Shown here: piece after piece, positions 28,671-41,460 of the stretch
Layout of the letters: the number at the start of each line of letters is the position of its first letter
How positions within the stretch are numbered: the first letter of the stretch is position 1
From: Callorhinchus milii
Taxonomy: Eukaryota
Direction: 5' to 3'
Assembly: GCF_018977255.1 (NCBI RefSeq)
Contig: NW_024704743.1
Location: 69,626,001-69,690,000 of the forward strand
Length of the DNA: 64,000 bases
Made by a program: the position numbers and the translations under genes
The notes under the pieces: model-generated
Database searches by the model: none
What the model was told of the DNA's origin: nothing
What the model saw: the letters and a program-made list of their open reading frames with translations, nothing else

Positions 28671-31600
28671 TATAATGGCAGATTTCAACTGAGCAAACAA
28701 GCAGCAACTCTGGTAGATGAGTGCCTCCCTGCAGGGACTGGTCAGCGAGTACTGACTGCCCAGGTATATACAGTGACTGCCTGGCAATGTGAGGTTTCAA
28801 TTACCCCATTCATTACTTAACTTTCCAGAGAAACTGTGCAAAACAGAAAATAACAATTTGCTCTTGTAAATATTCCATTTACCGTTTTGAAATATCCATA
28901 CAATGAAAACAGCTTAGGAGGGGGTGACACCAGTTCAGGTGAGGGGTAACTGTTACTGTGGCCATCCCTGCTTTTAAATACAGTACTACAGTGGGATTGT
29001 GGGCATAATATTACAATCACTCCACTCTCTTCTGACTCTTGTGGTTCAAATCTCCCTTTCATTCTGGTCTGTACTAGTCATCATAAACTTTCCCAACTCT
29101 GCGCTCATATGAACACCATCAGTAGAAAGAAGATTAAACAGAGATGTCTGGCAATCTCTAGCCTTTAGGTTTCTAATTTACTATGTGCTGGGTGGGGGTG
29201 GCAGGCGGAAGACAGAGTGGGATCAGTTTTCCCTTAGCCTGCTTTAATCTCCTGCCATTTTATAGACTTTCCGTCTCAGTCAGCTATGATTCGTTTTTAT
29301 TTTGCTATCAGAAAGCTTTGCTTGTTAGGTTCTTCATCCAGTCTTGGCATAAGCAAGCGATCATTGACACTAATTCACTGACATCAGAGATCGTTTTGCC
29401 CACAAAATACACAGTCAATTGAAGCGCTTTGCAGGGTCTCGAAGATGTGATAACAACAACAACAACTTGCATTTACATAGTGCCCTTTACGCGGGGTAGC
29501 ATCATGGAGTGCTTAGAAAGTGCTATATCAAATGCAAGGATTATTGTTATTATTATCTATCAAAAATATATTAGCACGTGTTGAACCAAAATCAACTTAA
29601 GTTTTATTCCTTCCTGAAAGTTGGGCGATTTCCACACTGATGGCTATGTTTTTCACACTAGTTTTCAAGGGAGAAATATTAGGCTGGTAAAAGAGTAGTG
29701 AGTACAATTGCCTGAAATTGTGGTGTTTTACAAAAAATACATTGGCGCTCGTGTGTAAATTTTATTATCCTTATTCTTCATAGTGCAAATATTGCCAATA
29801 TTTTTTAGGGTGAGACAAAGGAACGTCTCATGAACATACTTAATTCATCATTTTATCTTTCTTTTATTGTACTTAGCAGTTTATCAGAAGCTCCCTAATA
29901 TAGAAAACAGCAGAAGAGACTTCTGTACATTTTGCATCAGTGGAGGAATTGTCTCTATGATACCTGGCAGCTAAGAACAGCTAAGAAGGGGGAAGAGTGG
30001 ATGATCTTTAATGTCCACTTGATCACACAGTAGACAGGACCTAAATTAACCTAAATGAATTTTGTGCCTGCTTTTTCTACAACAATAGCTACAGATAAAA
30101 TAACAACAGATAATTAAATTTGTGCTTAAGAGAAACAAAACAGATGACAGTATCTACAAGAGACCGGGTTATCTGGGGTTGACCTTCTGTGGGCGTCACT
30201 GTAAAATATTTTGTTAGTTCTATTTTCCTCCTGTTAAAAGAGAGACAACCTAGGTTGTGACTTTCTTCTCTGGATGGTGTTAGTGCTGCTCAGTGAATGG
30301 CTTCAGGATAGGGACTAAAGTGCAGAGGCACAAATCCAACCATTGTCCCATCAATCATAGATTCATTTGAATCTATGATTGAAACATTTGTTTCTGAGCT
30401 GGGAGTTAAGCAGCCTTATAACAGCAAAATATATTAATCCTTACATTTGGTATAGTACTTTTCACGTTGGGAGGACACTTCAAAGCACTTCACAGGATTT
30501 ACTATGAAGTGGAATGACTGTGTGTTTTGTGAACGAACTCATGTCAAACCATCTCAAAGCGCATTATAGGTAATTATCATCAAGAGACATAACAACTGGC
30601 CAACGTTGCTTGGGACATTGGGAGAAACTCCCTTCTCTTTAAAAATAGCTTTGTGGAATATCTACCAAAACAGACAGATTTAAGACAAACAAAATAATTT
30701 AAATGAAAATACTCATTAAAGATGAAAGCATCTTTTTACATGTTAATAAGGTTGATGTTTTGACGTTGTTTAAAGGAAAACAAGCTTGTCTCAATTCGTA
30801 GCATTTTCACCCTTTGGTCATTGTGGGTTCAAATCCCAAGTCAGCAGATCTTGATCTTATAGTCTCGGCTGCCACTCGAGTGTGGTGCTGAGGGAGTTCT
30901 GTAATGTCAGAGCTGCTGTCTGTCAGGTGAGGCATTGAATGAAAGTCGCATCTATGTGTTCATTTGCCTAACAGCTGTTTGTTGGACTTTGCTGGTGCAA
31001 ATGGCTGCTGTTTTTAACACTCTTGACAGTAAGTAGGTGAAGCACTTTGAGACGTTTTGACTTGATATGAAGCATTTTGAGATGTTTCAACGTGATAAGG
31101 TACTACGAAAATGCAAGTCCTTGCTTTCTTCAAGATGTAAGATTAGTCAGTGATTTCCCTTTGGAGCCTCTCTGGAAAGCTGCCACGAAGTCTTTAACAC
31201 GTTTTAACAAAAGATGCTCTGAGCAATGCCTCAACATTCTTCTGCAGTGATGTTGTACCGGTTGACCAATTAGTTTCTAAACATATCAACTGAACTGTTG
31301 AAATGTTTAGGTAAATACATTTTTTTTTAAAATTGCTGCTGCTTCATCAACTTCTTTGTAAACATATGAACTGAAGCGTAGATAGTTTAGAAATCAAATA
31401 CACAGAGGTTAGCTTTTAGTACCGGTTCATCAGCTACATATCAAATTAAGTCTTCACAACAGAGTGTGAGTGTTTTGAGTTCCATATGTTGCTGGGAATT
31501 CTGTATACGTTTGACTGTTAACAGCCTGTTCAATTCGAATAAAAACACAACAGACTCTGAACGGCATATGTTGCATTATCTTTTAGTGAATTTAATATTA

Positions 31601-32394
31601 AAGATACAGAATGTGTCGTGGGTTGTGAAATGTACAGACAGCCTGACTGCGTTAAGCTCTTTCAGCTGTCAGTATGGTTTCAACACTTAACTCCTGTTTT
31701 CCTTCCTTTCGTCTCCTTCTCATTGTATTCTGTGGCAGTGTCCATTTCCCCCAACAAACCAGGGCAATTAATAGTTTTTCTACCAAAATATTAATAGTAA
31801 TTTCTGGTCAAACATTACACCCCAACGCTTCCTACAGACTATGACAGGTCGATCAAGACTATTCGTTCGACTGAAAGACAGTGAAAGGTGGAGTTCGTCC
31901 ACTGAACTAATTCATTCATTGATGAACCAGTACCTTCACAAATATGATCTCTCAACCTTTACTTCGACTGCAGCTGGAGCATTATGTCCAGTTAATTTTG
32001 GATGCCTCTTTGTAGAAGGGATGTCAAGGCCGTATCTAGGGTGTAGAAGAGATTCACTGGGATGATATCAGGGATGATTCATCATTTGGGATTAAGGGAC
32101 AACCTTTTTCTGAATGTCATATAAAAATAAGATGTGAAAGCTCTTCAGTATTCACAGGGGCAGACTGGCTATATGAGAATTTAGGAAAGTATGTTCATGC
32201 ACATCAATGTCCCAGAAACAGCTGTGAAGTGAATAAGCAAATTTTCTGGTGGGAGGTGGGATTATCAACCACGACCCCAGAAAAACTTTCTTCTCTTTTC
32301 AAACAGTGCCATGGGAACTTTAGAGTCCACCTGAACAGGACCTTGGTTAAATGTCTCATCTAAAGCACAACACCTGCAACAATTCAGCATATCC

Positions 32395-32775
32395 TGTCTT
32401 GCATCTCAGTGGTTAGAGCACTTGCCTCGCAAGCAAGAGACCTGGGTTTGATTTCTGGGCAGAACAAAACCTTAGGCAAGTTTCATTACTCCACACGCCT
32501 CTGTTTACAAGTAGGAACTTGTAAGTAGGAGCACGGTTGTTAGTCGATTAGTGGATCGCTTTTCCGGAGGTAACAGTCCCTTCAAAAGATATAATAATAA
32601 TTTGGTCGCTCAATCAGGACTGTTTGTGGGACACTGCTGTGCAACTCGGCTGCCGCGTTTCGCCCACAAAATATACAGTCTATTCGCTTTACAATATATT
32701 CTGTGAAGCGCTTTGAGATTTCTCAAAGACGTGGTAAGGTGCCATATCAAATACAAGGATTATTGTTATTATTAT
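32395..32775 (+). mobile_element. SINE family A copy nested in a minus-strand family B SINE (32190-32975)
   Basis: Family B sequence stops at ~32394 and resumes at ~32776. Confidence 0.87.
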
Positions 32776-34744
32776 CCCCAGTATTGCATTGGAGTGTCAG
32801 TTTAGACACTACTAATGTGAGTTCAAAGCAGCCAGCAACTTAAGGCTTTAACATGCAACAACTTGCACTCATATAGTGCCCTCCATGCAGGGTAGGGTCT
32901 CAGAGCACTTAAAATCTTCTGACTACCTTCTGATTTAGAGGTGAGAGTGCTACTGACTACCCCAGGCTGACTCACAAGAAGATTGTGCCAGGCTGACAAT
33001 CCAGCACAGTACTAGGGGGAGGACTGCACGATCAAAGACATCCTCTTTTGGAAGATGACTGTTGAGGTGGGAGTTAAAGATCCTATGATATGATTCATAA
33101 GAGAAGGGAGTTTTTCCTGATGTCCTGGCCAACAATCCTTCAGATTCATTGGTCTTTCAATATGACTGCATGTGGGACCTGGCTAAGGCCTACAACAGCC
33201 TACAACTATATTTGCCTTATCTGTGAAATCTTTTGAGATGTTTTGACAATAATAAGGTTCTATGAAAGTACAAGTTCTTTCTTTCCAAGTAAGAGTTTCA
33301 GCAAGAGAACCCCCTCAAAATTACCCACGTGGTTTTTGTCATAGTTGTAATGATCACCAAACTAAACAGCAAATAACGTGCAGTTTAAATGTAGTACTCG
33401 CCTCTGAATCAGAAAGTTGTGGGTTCAAGCCCTCCATCGGGACTTTGAACTCACAGTCGGCTATTCAGATGGGTTTTAAAGATCCCATGCTACTGTTTGA
33501 AATGAGAAGAGAGTTTCTTCATGATGTCCTGGCTGACAATCCACCAAATAAAATTGGTCATTCACTTCATGGATGTTTGTGGGACATTGTTGTGTTCAAA
33601 TTGTCTGCTGTATTTGCCTAGAAATTCACAGTTACTACAATTTACAATGAAGAGCTTTGAAATATCTTGACAGTGTGATAAAGTGCTATATCAAAAATGA
33701 AGATTTTTATTAAATTTTTTAACTGTAGAATATAAATTACCAAACCTCACCCTGCCCCTCAAACTCTGCTTTCAGTGCTGATGTAAACAAAGCTGGGCCT
33801 GTAGATAGCCTTAGTGGTTAGTGGGATAGCAGCTTTTCTAATGCTATTTTTGTTAGTGAAAACTGTCATGTCACTAATCAGCAGTCAAAAGCCGGAAACC
33901 GAATGCATAACCTGGTTTCACTGACGTCAACTCGGAGCATGGTACCAAGGGAGGGGAAGTGAATACTGCTTGACGCATTGGAGTAATTCACGGTTAATCA
34001 ATTCAAAATTCAGATCAAATGTTAGACATCATTGTTAGCGTTTGCCTCTCTTTCTGTCTCAGGATGTGGGTATCGCTGGCATTTTGTCAGCATTTATTGC
34101 TCAACGCTGGTTATCCAGCGAAGGTGATATTTGCCCTTCTCTTTAACTGTTGCAGTTCTGATGGCGACAGTACTTCCCCAATGCTGTTTAGGAGGGAACT
34201 TATAGTTGGTTCAGTGCTTTGTTCTCTCTAACATAAAACACTTCTTTTACTGATCAGTGAAGCACTTGGACATAGGTATTGGTAGAACTGATGGAAGATG
34301 GAACATCATCTGGCAACAGCATCCAGAAAAACTGGAAGAGGATTTACAATGTAATAATAATAAATAATAATAATAATAATCCTTGCATTTGGTACAGCAC
34401 CTTATCTTTGAGACATCTTAAAAGTACTTCACAGAATATGCCGTCACGTTGTCAAATGTCTCAAATCGCTTCGGAGGATTTCATAACCAAGTATAGTGAT
34501 CTTATTTGTAGGCCAACACAACAGCTAATTTGTGTATAGCAGTATCCCATCAACAGCCATGAAGTGAGTGACCCATTTTATTTTGGGGATTGTTGGCCAG
34601 GACACCAATAAAAACTCCCTTCTCTTTTCAAAAAGTGCCATGGGTTCCTTAATGTGCACCTGAACTGGCAGAGTGGACCTAAATCACAAGGTTTGAGATA
34701 AAGGTCATTCAACCCATTTAATCTAATTATTTTAGAATATCCAC

Positions 34745-35000
34745 TCTAACAGCTTCCTATTACAGTATCAAGCTGCTTCGTAAATCTATAAAGTTCCCTG
34801 GCCTCTAGCACCCTTTCCTGGTAACCCATTCCAGCTGTTGGACACTCACTGTGTAAAGAACAGCTTCCATTAATATGACACACTTCAGGTGGGGTAATGT
34901 CTTGGAGAGCTGAAAATACTTTTTGGTATTTAGTCTTGGTGTAAATACTCATCGTGTGTCCTAAAAATATACTTCACATCCTTATTCTCTGGTCGACCCC
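34745..35000 (-). mobile_element. Old CR1 fragment
   Basis: RVLEARELYRFTKQLD resembles the CR1 ORF2 C-terminus. Confidence 0.6.
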
Positions 35001-35414
35001 TGTCTTGTTTTGGGCAATTACCAATTTTGGGCAACAACCACGGAAACTTATAAAATGGGCAAACTATACAGAGCTACAGTATTTGATTCATGTATTAATG
35101 ACCTCACCATAAAATGGAGAAAACACAAAGTTCAGTTACTGTAAATAATTTGAAACTGTTACATTTCATTATACTGAATCAATCATTTTTTATAGTCATA
35201 AAAGGAGACACGATATCTAGAAATCCAGCCTCCTTGTAGATGGCACAAACACACTAAATCAGCCTTGTCAGAGGGAGGTCTTGTCTCAGTGGCTTTTCAG
35301 ATACATAGACTCACAGTGGACTCTTATGGACTGTAATTTCTCAGCAGTAGGACAATGTCTTAAAACGTTATAGTTTGCTGAATTTTCAAGAATTCATAGA
35401 TTCAGTCTTAATTT

Positions 35415-35835
35415 GTCAGCCTAGCTCAGTTGGTAGCACTCTCACCTCTGAGTCGGAAAGTTGTGGGTTCAAGCCCCACAGCAGGACTTGGAACTCATAC
35501 AGTCTAAGTTGACGCTGGAACGCAGTGCTAGGAATGTGCTGCATTGAGATGTCGTCCTCCAGATGAGATGTTAAACCGAGTCTGCCTGTTAAGGTGGATG
35601 CTAAAAATTCCATGGCACTGTTCAAAAAGAGAAGGGAGTTTCTCCCAGTGTCTTGGCAAATAATCCCCCAAATAAAACTGTTCATTCGTTCCAAGGCTGT
35701 CTGTGCGACATTGCTGTTCGTAAATTGGTTGCAAATTGGTTTATCCGCAAAATACACGGACACTCCACTTTACAATATATCCTGTGAAGTCCTGATATGT
35801 AAGGTGCTATACTAAATTCAAGGGTTATTATTATC
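35415..35835 (+). mobile_element. tRNA-derived DeuSINE-like element, family B, reference copy. Other copies approx. 3870-4230(-), 10770-11190(+), 12045-12225(+), 19920-20280(+), 30785-31125(+), 33385-33710(+), 34365-34680(-), 38180-38540(+), 44810-45065(-)
   Basis: Head GCTCAGTTGGTAGCACTCTCACCTCTGAGTC...GGGTTCAAGCCCC; core AGATGAGATGTTAAACCGAG...CCATGGCACTGTTC...GTGTCTTGGCAAA resembles the Deu domain of AmnSINE1/SacSINE1 (recalled); (TTA)n tail. Confidence 0.88.
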
Positions 35836-36614
35836 CAGTTTGTGGCAGGTTTCCTCAAATTCTTAAAAACGACAATTTTTTTCAGGTCTACTAATAATTG
35901 CCTACCATCACTGGAATTCTCTTCCAAAAATATTTTTGCCTTACTATGTCTTTCCGTCCTACGAAAACCTTTGAAAAACACATCTTTTTCACCCTGTCTT
36001 TCATCAGAATTTTTGAATCTCCCTTTCCCTTTCTTTGAATGAAAGACATGATATGCCACCTAAGGAACCTAATGCATGTTTGGCATTGTACCACTATAAT
36101 TTTGCTTTCCAACAAGAAGTGTAAATTAAAGATGGTTTCAGCAGTGAGATTCATATCTGCACATAGTATAAATTGTGATGGGTACCAATCACACAGGGCT
36201 CCTTCTTTGTTCATACTTTGAATTGCAGCTGATCCCACGACCACCTCTTCTGCAAGGTTGAAATCTAACAGCTGATTTTGGTGCTGCTCTGCACAATATA
36301 TTCTGTGAAGCACTTTGTTATGTTTCAACAATGCAATGAGGTGCTATATCAAATGCAAGGATTAATATATTATTATTATAGATATTTGTTTTGTTCCTGA
36401 TTCACAGTAGTGTAGTGCAGGATGCATATATCAGACTTCACGCTCCACACTGATTTACTGGCGGGTGGTTCTGTTCCACAAAGCAAAACGTGTGTCAGTC
36501 ACAGGAATACTTGGCAAGTAACATATGCTTAGCAATACAGAGTGAAAAAATATTCCATTGTGTTCACAATTCATTAGTTTACTTTGCGGTAATGGGAACA
36601 GTTAAACCCCTTAC

Positions 36615-36759
36615 CATTCTGCGTTGTAGTGAAGTCCAGGAGTTTATACTCATATGCAATGCCCACTTTGGTTTCTACCTGTGCTCTCTTCAGTGTTGAG
36701 TAGATTTTGCCTGGGCTGTTTTCACTGGGCTTCTCCAGCTTTGGCAGTCCACAGCCCAT
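36615..36759 (-). CDS. RFTN1: Raftlin-1, first coding exon (145 nt, ends phase 1)
   Basis: Encodes MGCGLPKLEKPSENSPGKIYSTLKRAQVETKVGIAYEYKLLDFTTTQN, the raftlin N-terminus with G2 myristoylation and C3 palmitoylation motif. Acceptor ttag ends at 36771 (11 nt of UTR); donor G|GTAAGG at 36614. Confidence 0.96.
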
Positions 36760-37494
36760 CTTCTCAGTTTCTAATTTAAAGTAGAAAACACAAGATGTGG
36801 TAGAAATAGCAGCAATAAATGACACCTTCAGATTCCTTTCGGAAGTGTAATAAACCATAATCAAATAACTGGGCCAGTGGATGAATTCTATTTATCATAG
36901 ATGCCAAAGCCAGTTTCTGTTCAGTGCAATTCACCCTATAGCAGTACAGACATAAACAATAGATTTAACAGCATTAACAATGCATTGCTGCATCTCATTG
37001 ATAGGAGATTTTTTTTCTCCAGATTTAGTACTCTGGAATTCAGCCCTTTATGTTATTTCATACCACATCACAAATGCTGGGCTAAAATAGTTTGGAATCA
37101 ATGTAATTTTATTGGAAATTGGCTCACAGCTGCTCATTATCTGATACTTTAAAATGATTTTAGTTTCTTGAGCACTTTTTTTAAAATGATTGGAAAGGAA
37201 AAGTAACCCTTTGACAGCTGTTTTGTATATTCTAAATCTGCACATATTCTACTATGCATTTGCATCTGATGTTCTGTAAATGCCTAAAACTTAATACAAC
37301 CACAACAACTTGCATTTCACATAGGGTAACATCTCATAACCCTTTGCAAGGGCAGGATTGGACTCCGAAAAAGGGAGACATGATTCAAACAGATGGGATA
37401 TTCATCCGTTGGATCTACAAAGCTGTTAGTAACCTGAATTATATGTGACTGGAATTGATACTGTCCAAGGATCAGGAAACAAAAATTAATTTGT

Positions 37495-37930
37495 GTCAAC
37501 AACACATTACACTTGTATACCGCCCTTCACATCGGAAAGACGGCCCAGGGCGCTGGACAATCAGGGGTTTGGATTCGAGCTGGGAGTTGGGGTCAGGAGA
37601 GGTGGAGAGCAGGGAGGTTGGGGGTGGGGGTGGGAAGGTGGCCCAAGGCACGGTCAAAGAGGAAGGTCTTTAGACGGGACTTGAAACAGGCAAAAGAGGG
37701 GATGTGGGATAGTAGAGTTCTAGAGTGTGGAGACAGAGATGCTGAATGCCAGACCACAAATGTTGGGGCAGGAAGTGCAGGGGACCTGGAGCAGGAGGTG
37801 GGAAAGGCCTGAACGGGTCACGGCACGAATGTGGGGTATGAAGGATAGCTGAGGGTCGAACAGGACACAGGTTCCATATTGGTTTAGTGTGGTGTAGAGT
37901 GCAACCACAAATTGTGATACTGTCAGCTCC
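37495..37930 (-). mobile_element. L2 fragment, internally deleted
   Basis: VLFDPQLSFIPHIR motif plus reverse L2 tail. Confidence 0.8.
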
Positions 37931-39119
37931 TGAGGTTGGGTTTGCAAAAAAATAGAACTGAAAGTACTTCTTTTTTTCAGGAATGTAGAGTTTCTGCATC
38001 AAATTGCAGTGAGAAGATTATGTCTCTTTGAGTTACAAAGAACTAAGAAAATATAATGCCACACATTTTCCTGATTCCACTTGATGATAATTAGCATAAC
38101 AAATTACAATTTATCTTGCCATAAGCTGATAAAAAGCAGAACTCCTGATAACTCTGAAGAACAGTCACTACAGACAAAGATTCAGCTAGGCTTCAGTAGC
38201 ACTGGCTCTCTAGGTCAGAGCGTTGTTGGCTCAAGCTTCAAATTCATTGCTGGGGAGTGTTGTCCTTTGGATGAGACACTGAACCATTCAATCCCATCTG
38301 TCTGTTCATTAAGATGTTAAAGATCCTTTAGTACTTTTCTATACAGCCAACAATATTTCCAGATAAATGTAATTCATCACTTTACAAGGTTCACTGCACC
38401 ACTGTTTGTGGGATCTTGTTTTGCGCAAATAGCTGCTGTCTTTGTCTATACAAAGAGTCAATACACTTGATAGTAAATACTGCAAAACTCTTTTAGATGT
38501 TTCAACATGATAAGATGCTATAAAAATACAAATACTTTATTTTACTAAAAAGATAAACTAGACTTGGACAATAAATCAGTTTGTAGGGAACAGGTTTGGA
38601 CTAATATTCAAAAAAATATTGAGGAGAAAGGGCAGGGAAGTGTGACTAAATGGGTAGATTTTTCAGGGAGCTGACACAGCACAATGCACCAGGAAAACCT
38701 CCTTCTGTGTTGTAAATTCAACGATTCTATGTTTTTATGATTATAGATAGAATCTAATAGCCTGTCAGCCTGGTTGTGGGCTAACCTCAATCACATGAGA
38801 AGACTAATTCTATCATTTTGCCTAAGTCTGTTTTGGGGGAATTTTTTAAATAGTGGTAGTCAAGCGAGGTCTCGGGAATAAGGCCTGGACTAATTTGAAA
38901 ATTAATTTTTGCTGATTATTTCATAATCCATATAACTTCCCCAAAAGGAGATTGCTATGGTTTGATTCCCTTATGAATGCTAACATCGTTTTCATAAGCA
39001 GCAGAGTTTGGTCTATTCATTCGTAAGATCAGTTTTATTGTTATGCTTGGGAATGTTTCAGTCATTGAATAATATTAATTCTCCCATCCCTTATGGCACC
39101 AATGTTTTGTTCATTTTTG

Positions 39120-39425
39120 TGGAGTCCTGCAGCTCGGTGGTTAGAGCACTCGCCTTGCAAATGAGAAATCTGGGTTCGATTCCCAGCAGGGCAAAACCTT
39201 GGGCAAATTTCCTTACTCCACACCCCAGATAATAATCACTCAAGAAAAAAACAATAATAAATGAGGCACTTCAATCCACGACTGTTTGTGCTGTGCACAA
39301 TGGCTGCTGCATTTCGCCCACAAATATACAGTCTATTAACTTTACAATATATTCTGTGAAGCGCTTTGAGATGGCTAGAAGACATGAAAAGGGCTACATC
39401 AAATGCAAGGATTATTATTATTATT
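39120..39425 (+). mobile_element. SINE family A, internally deleted
   Basis: A and B boxes plus tail; distal core missing. Confidence 0.87.
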
Positions 39426-40395
39426 TTTATTTTCATCTCAGTTCACAGCCCATAGAAGAAAAAATGCATTTTTACAGCACCACAAAAGTCAACATATCTC
39501 AAATTGCCTTACAGTAACTACTCATGTTGTGATTGTTTTTTTGAAGACTATTAGATAGATATACTATCTATATAATAGAATCACGTATAGTCAATTAGCC
39601 CAGATTTACTTTGTCTTTCTTACCTTTAAGGTAATTGCATAATTTTGTTTCCACACAACCAGTCAAAACACAGTGGAGCTAGTAGAGAGAAAAAAAAGGA
39701 AGTCGACAAAGATATTTTGAAGTGGTTTGGGGTCTGGACTCTTGTGTTAACTAACAGAGTCACAGGACGTATCAGCTCTAACAGCTGTTCTAGTTTAATT
39801 TTTCCCCAGAAAACAAAAACAAAGACTGGCATAGCACTCAGTAGATCATATATCAGTCTCCGATGAAGTACATAACAGATTGCCCGATGCATACTTTGTC
39901 TAACAGCAGACAAAATGCAGCTGAGACTGAGACTTCCAGAAGACAGAACATCTATGGTTATATATGTGTGTGTGTGTATTGTGTATATATATAGTATATC
40001 AATAATGTGATTATACAGTTATTTCTGGAATTTGTGTAGAGAATTGGGGATCCATTAACAAACCTCAAAGGTGAAAGCATGCACACTCAGTTCAAGTGTT
40101 GTTCTGTTTTAGTGTTACAGGCTTTGCTGTCACAAGGCACTTGTATTTCCACACACGTCAGAGTCATGCAAACACTATTTGTGCATCCAATAAAAACTAC
40201 ACCGAAAGTTTAACTGAAGATGCTCAGTGTTGCTCTTCAACGTGTAATGCAAAAAAAAAACCACACACACAAACGTCAGTTTGCTGGTAAAAGGAGAAAC
40301 CAGTCTTCCTTTTGCTCGAAGCACTCTTTAAAACATTCAATGGAAATCCGCAGAATCCTATTTTTGCCATATAAATGCTGCTTTCAGGCTATATA

Positions 40396-40502
40396 CAGGG
40401 TGACAAAAAGTCGTGATATCTACCCTATTATCTAAAAAAAACCATAATTTATTTAAGATTGATTAGACATTGTAATGGTATCACGACATGTTGGTCACCC
40501 TG
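40396..40502. mobile_element. Tc1/mariner-type MITE (107 bp)
   Basis: TA|CAGGGTGACAAAAAGTCGTGATATC ... GGTATCACGACATGTTGGTCACCCTG; ~26-bp TIRs, left TA intact, right flank TT. Confidence 0.75.
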
Positions 40503-40909
40503 TTGTCTTTGAGGCTACAGGAAACTTATACAGGTTATGGTTAAAGACAGATCACACCACAGAGAGTTTCGCCCTTAGGATGTAACAAGCAGTTTGTAAC
40601 CTTTAATCACAGCAAATTGACGGTGCAATTTCAGCCACAAATCATTATTATATTGGAAGATCCCGGTTAAATGGCCATATACGTTTCCATTGCAATTGAA
40701 TACAGCCACAGTCACAACGCCTTAAACACAACTTATTTTAAACCCTTGATCCTGACGTTTAGACACACACAAGGGTACCTTTTTGTTTTGGAGGAGGGGA
40801 TGAAAGGGATGCCCTGATAATGTGGGTGAGGGAAGCACCCACATCCTTGGAAGGATCGTGAGCAGTTAACATACCATCACAGTTACACACACTCATTCCA
40901 GTGACTTAC

Positions 40910-41460
40910 CCCGAGGAAACTCAAACAGAGTTAGCAGCCACACAGTGGTCTTGATCAACACTGAACACAAAACAAGTACAAGCAGTGACTCAGGCTCAGG
41001 CTCAGGCTCAGGCTGGGGGGAGATCAGGCTGAATGCAAAAAAAAAACCCAATCCGAATAAATGTCCTTTGACAAACTTTACAATTCAAGCTTTTGGGGTC
41101 TAAATATATCCCTCGACTTCCTTCTGGCTGTTGAGAACGTCATGCACCAAAAATGTTCTTCTCTCGAGCAGTGCGTGTTCAGTAAAACCACATCCTGTGA
41201 CAGTTCAGTGTTTTTTTCTCTCTCTCTCTCTCTCTCTCATTCCCTCCTGCTTCTCCGCTCAAATCACAACTGCAGGCTCCTTGTCGTGCCAGAAATACTG
41301 CAATGAATGACCAGTGTACCAGGCGAAAGTGGGACTGGCCAGACAAGAATGCATTGCTAACATCTAACCAGCTGAGCTGAGCTGTGTGAGTGTGAGTGAG
41401 TGAGACAGACAGACAGACAGACAGACAGCATCAGCTTGCAGCCAGACAGGGTTGGCCAAC
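40910..41460 (-). promoter_or_regulatory. RFTN1: Probable non-coding first exon and promoter region of RFTN1 (5' end undefined)
   Basis: The ATG exon is preceded by an acceptor, so an upstream exon is needed. Consensus donor GG|GTAAGT at 40909-40904 lies in a ~4 kb SINE/LINE-free stretch with (CTCAGG)n, (CT)n and (AGAC)n microsatellites. Confidence 0.5.

Noticed and set aside
21895-36759. Assignment of the raftlin as RFTN2
   Set aside because: The N-terminus is ambiguous, but the later exons (DLPAQLQELYQ, LFNKP, WLEHM) are RFTN1-type.
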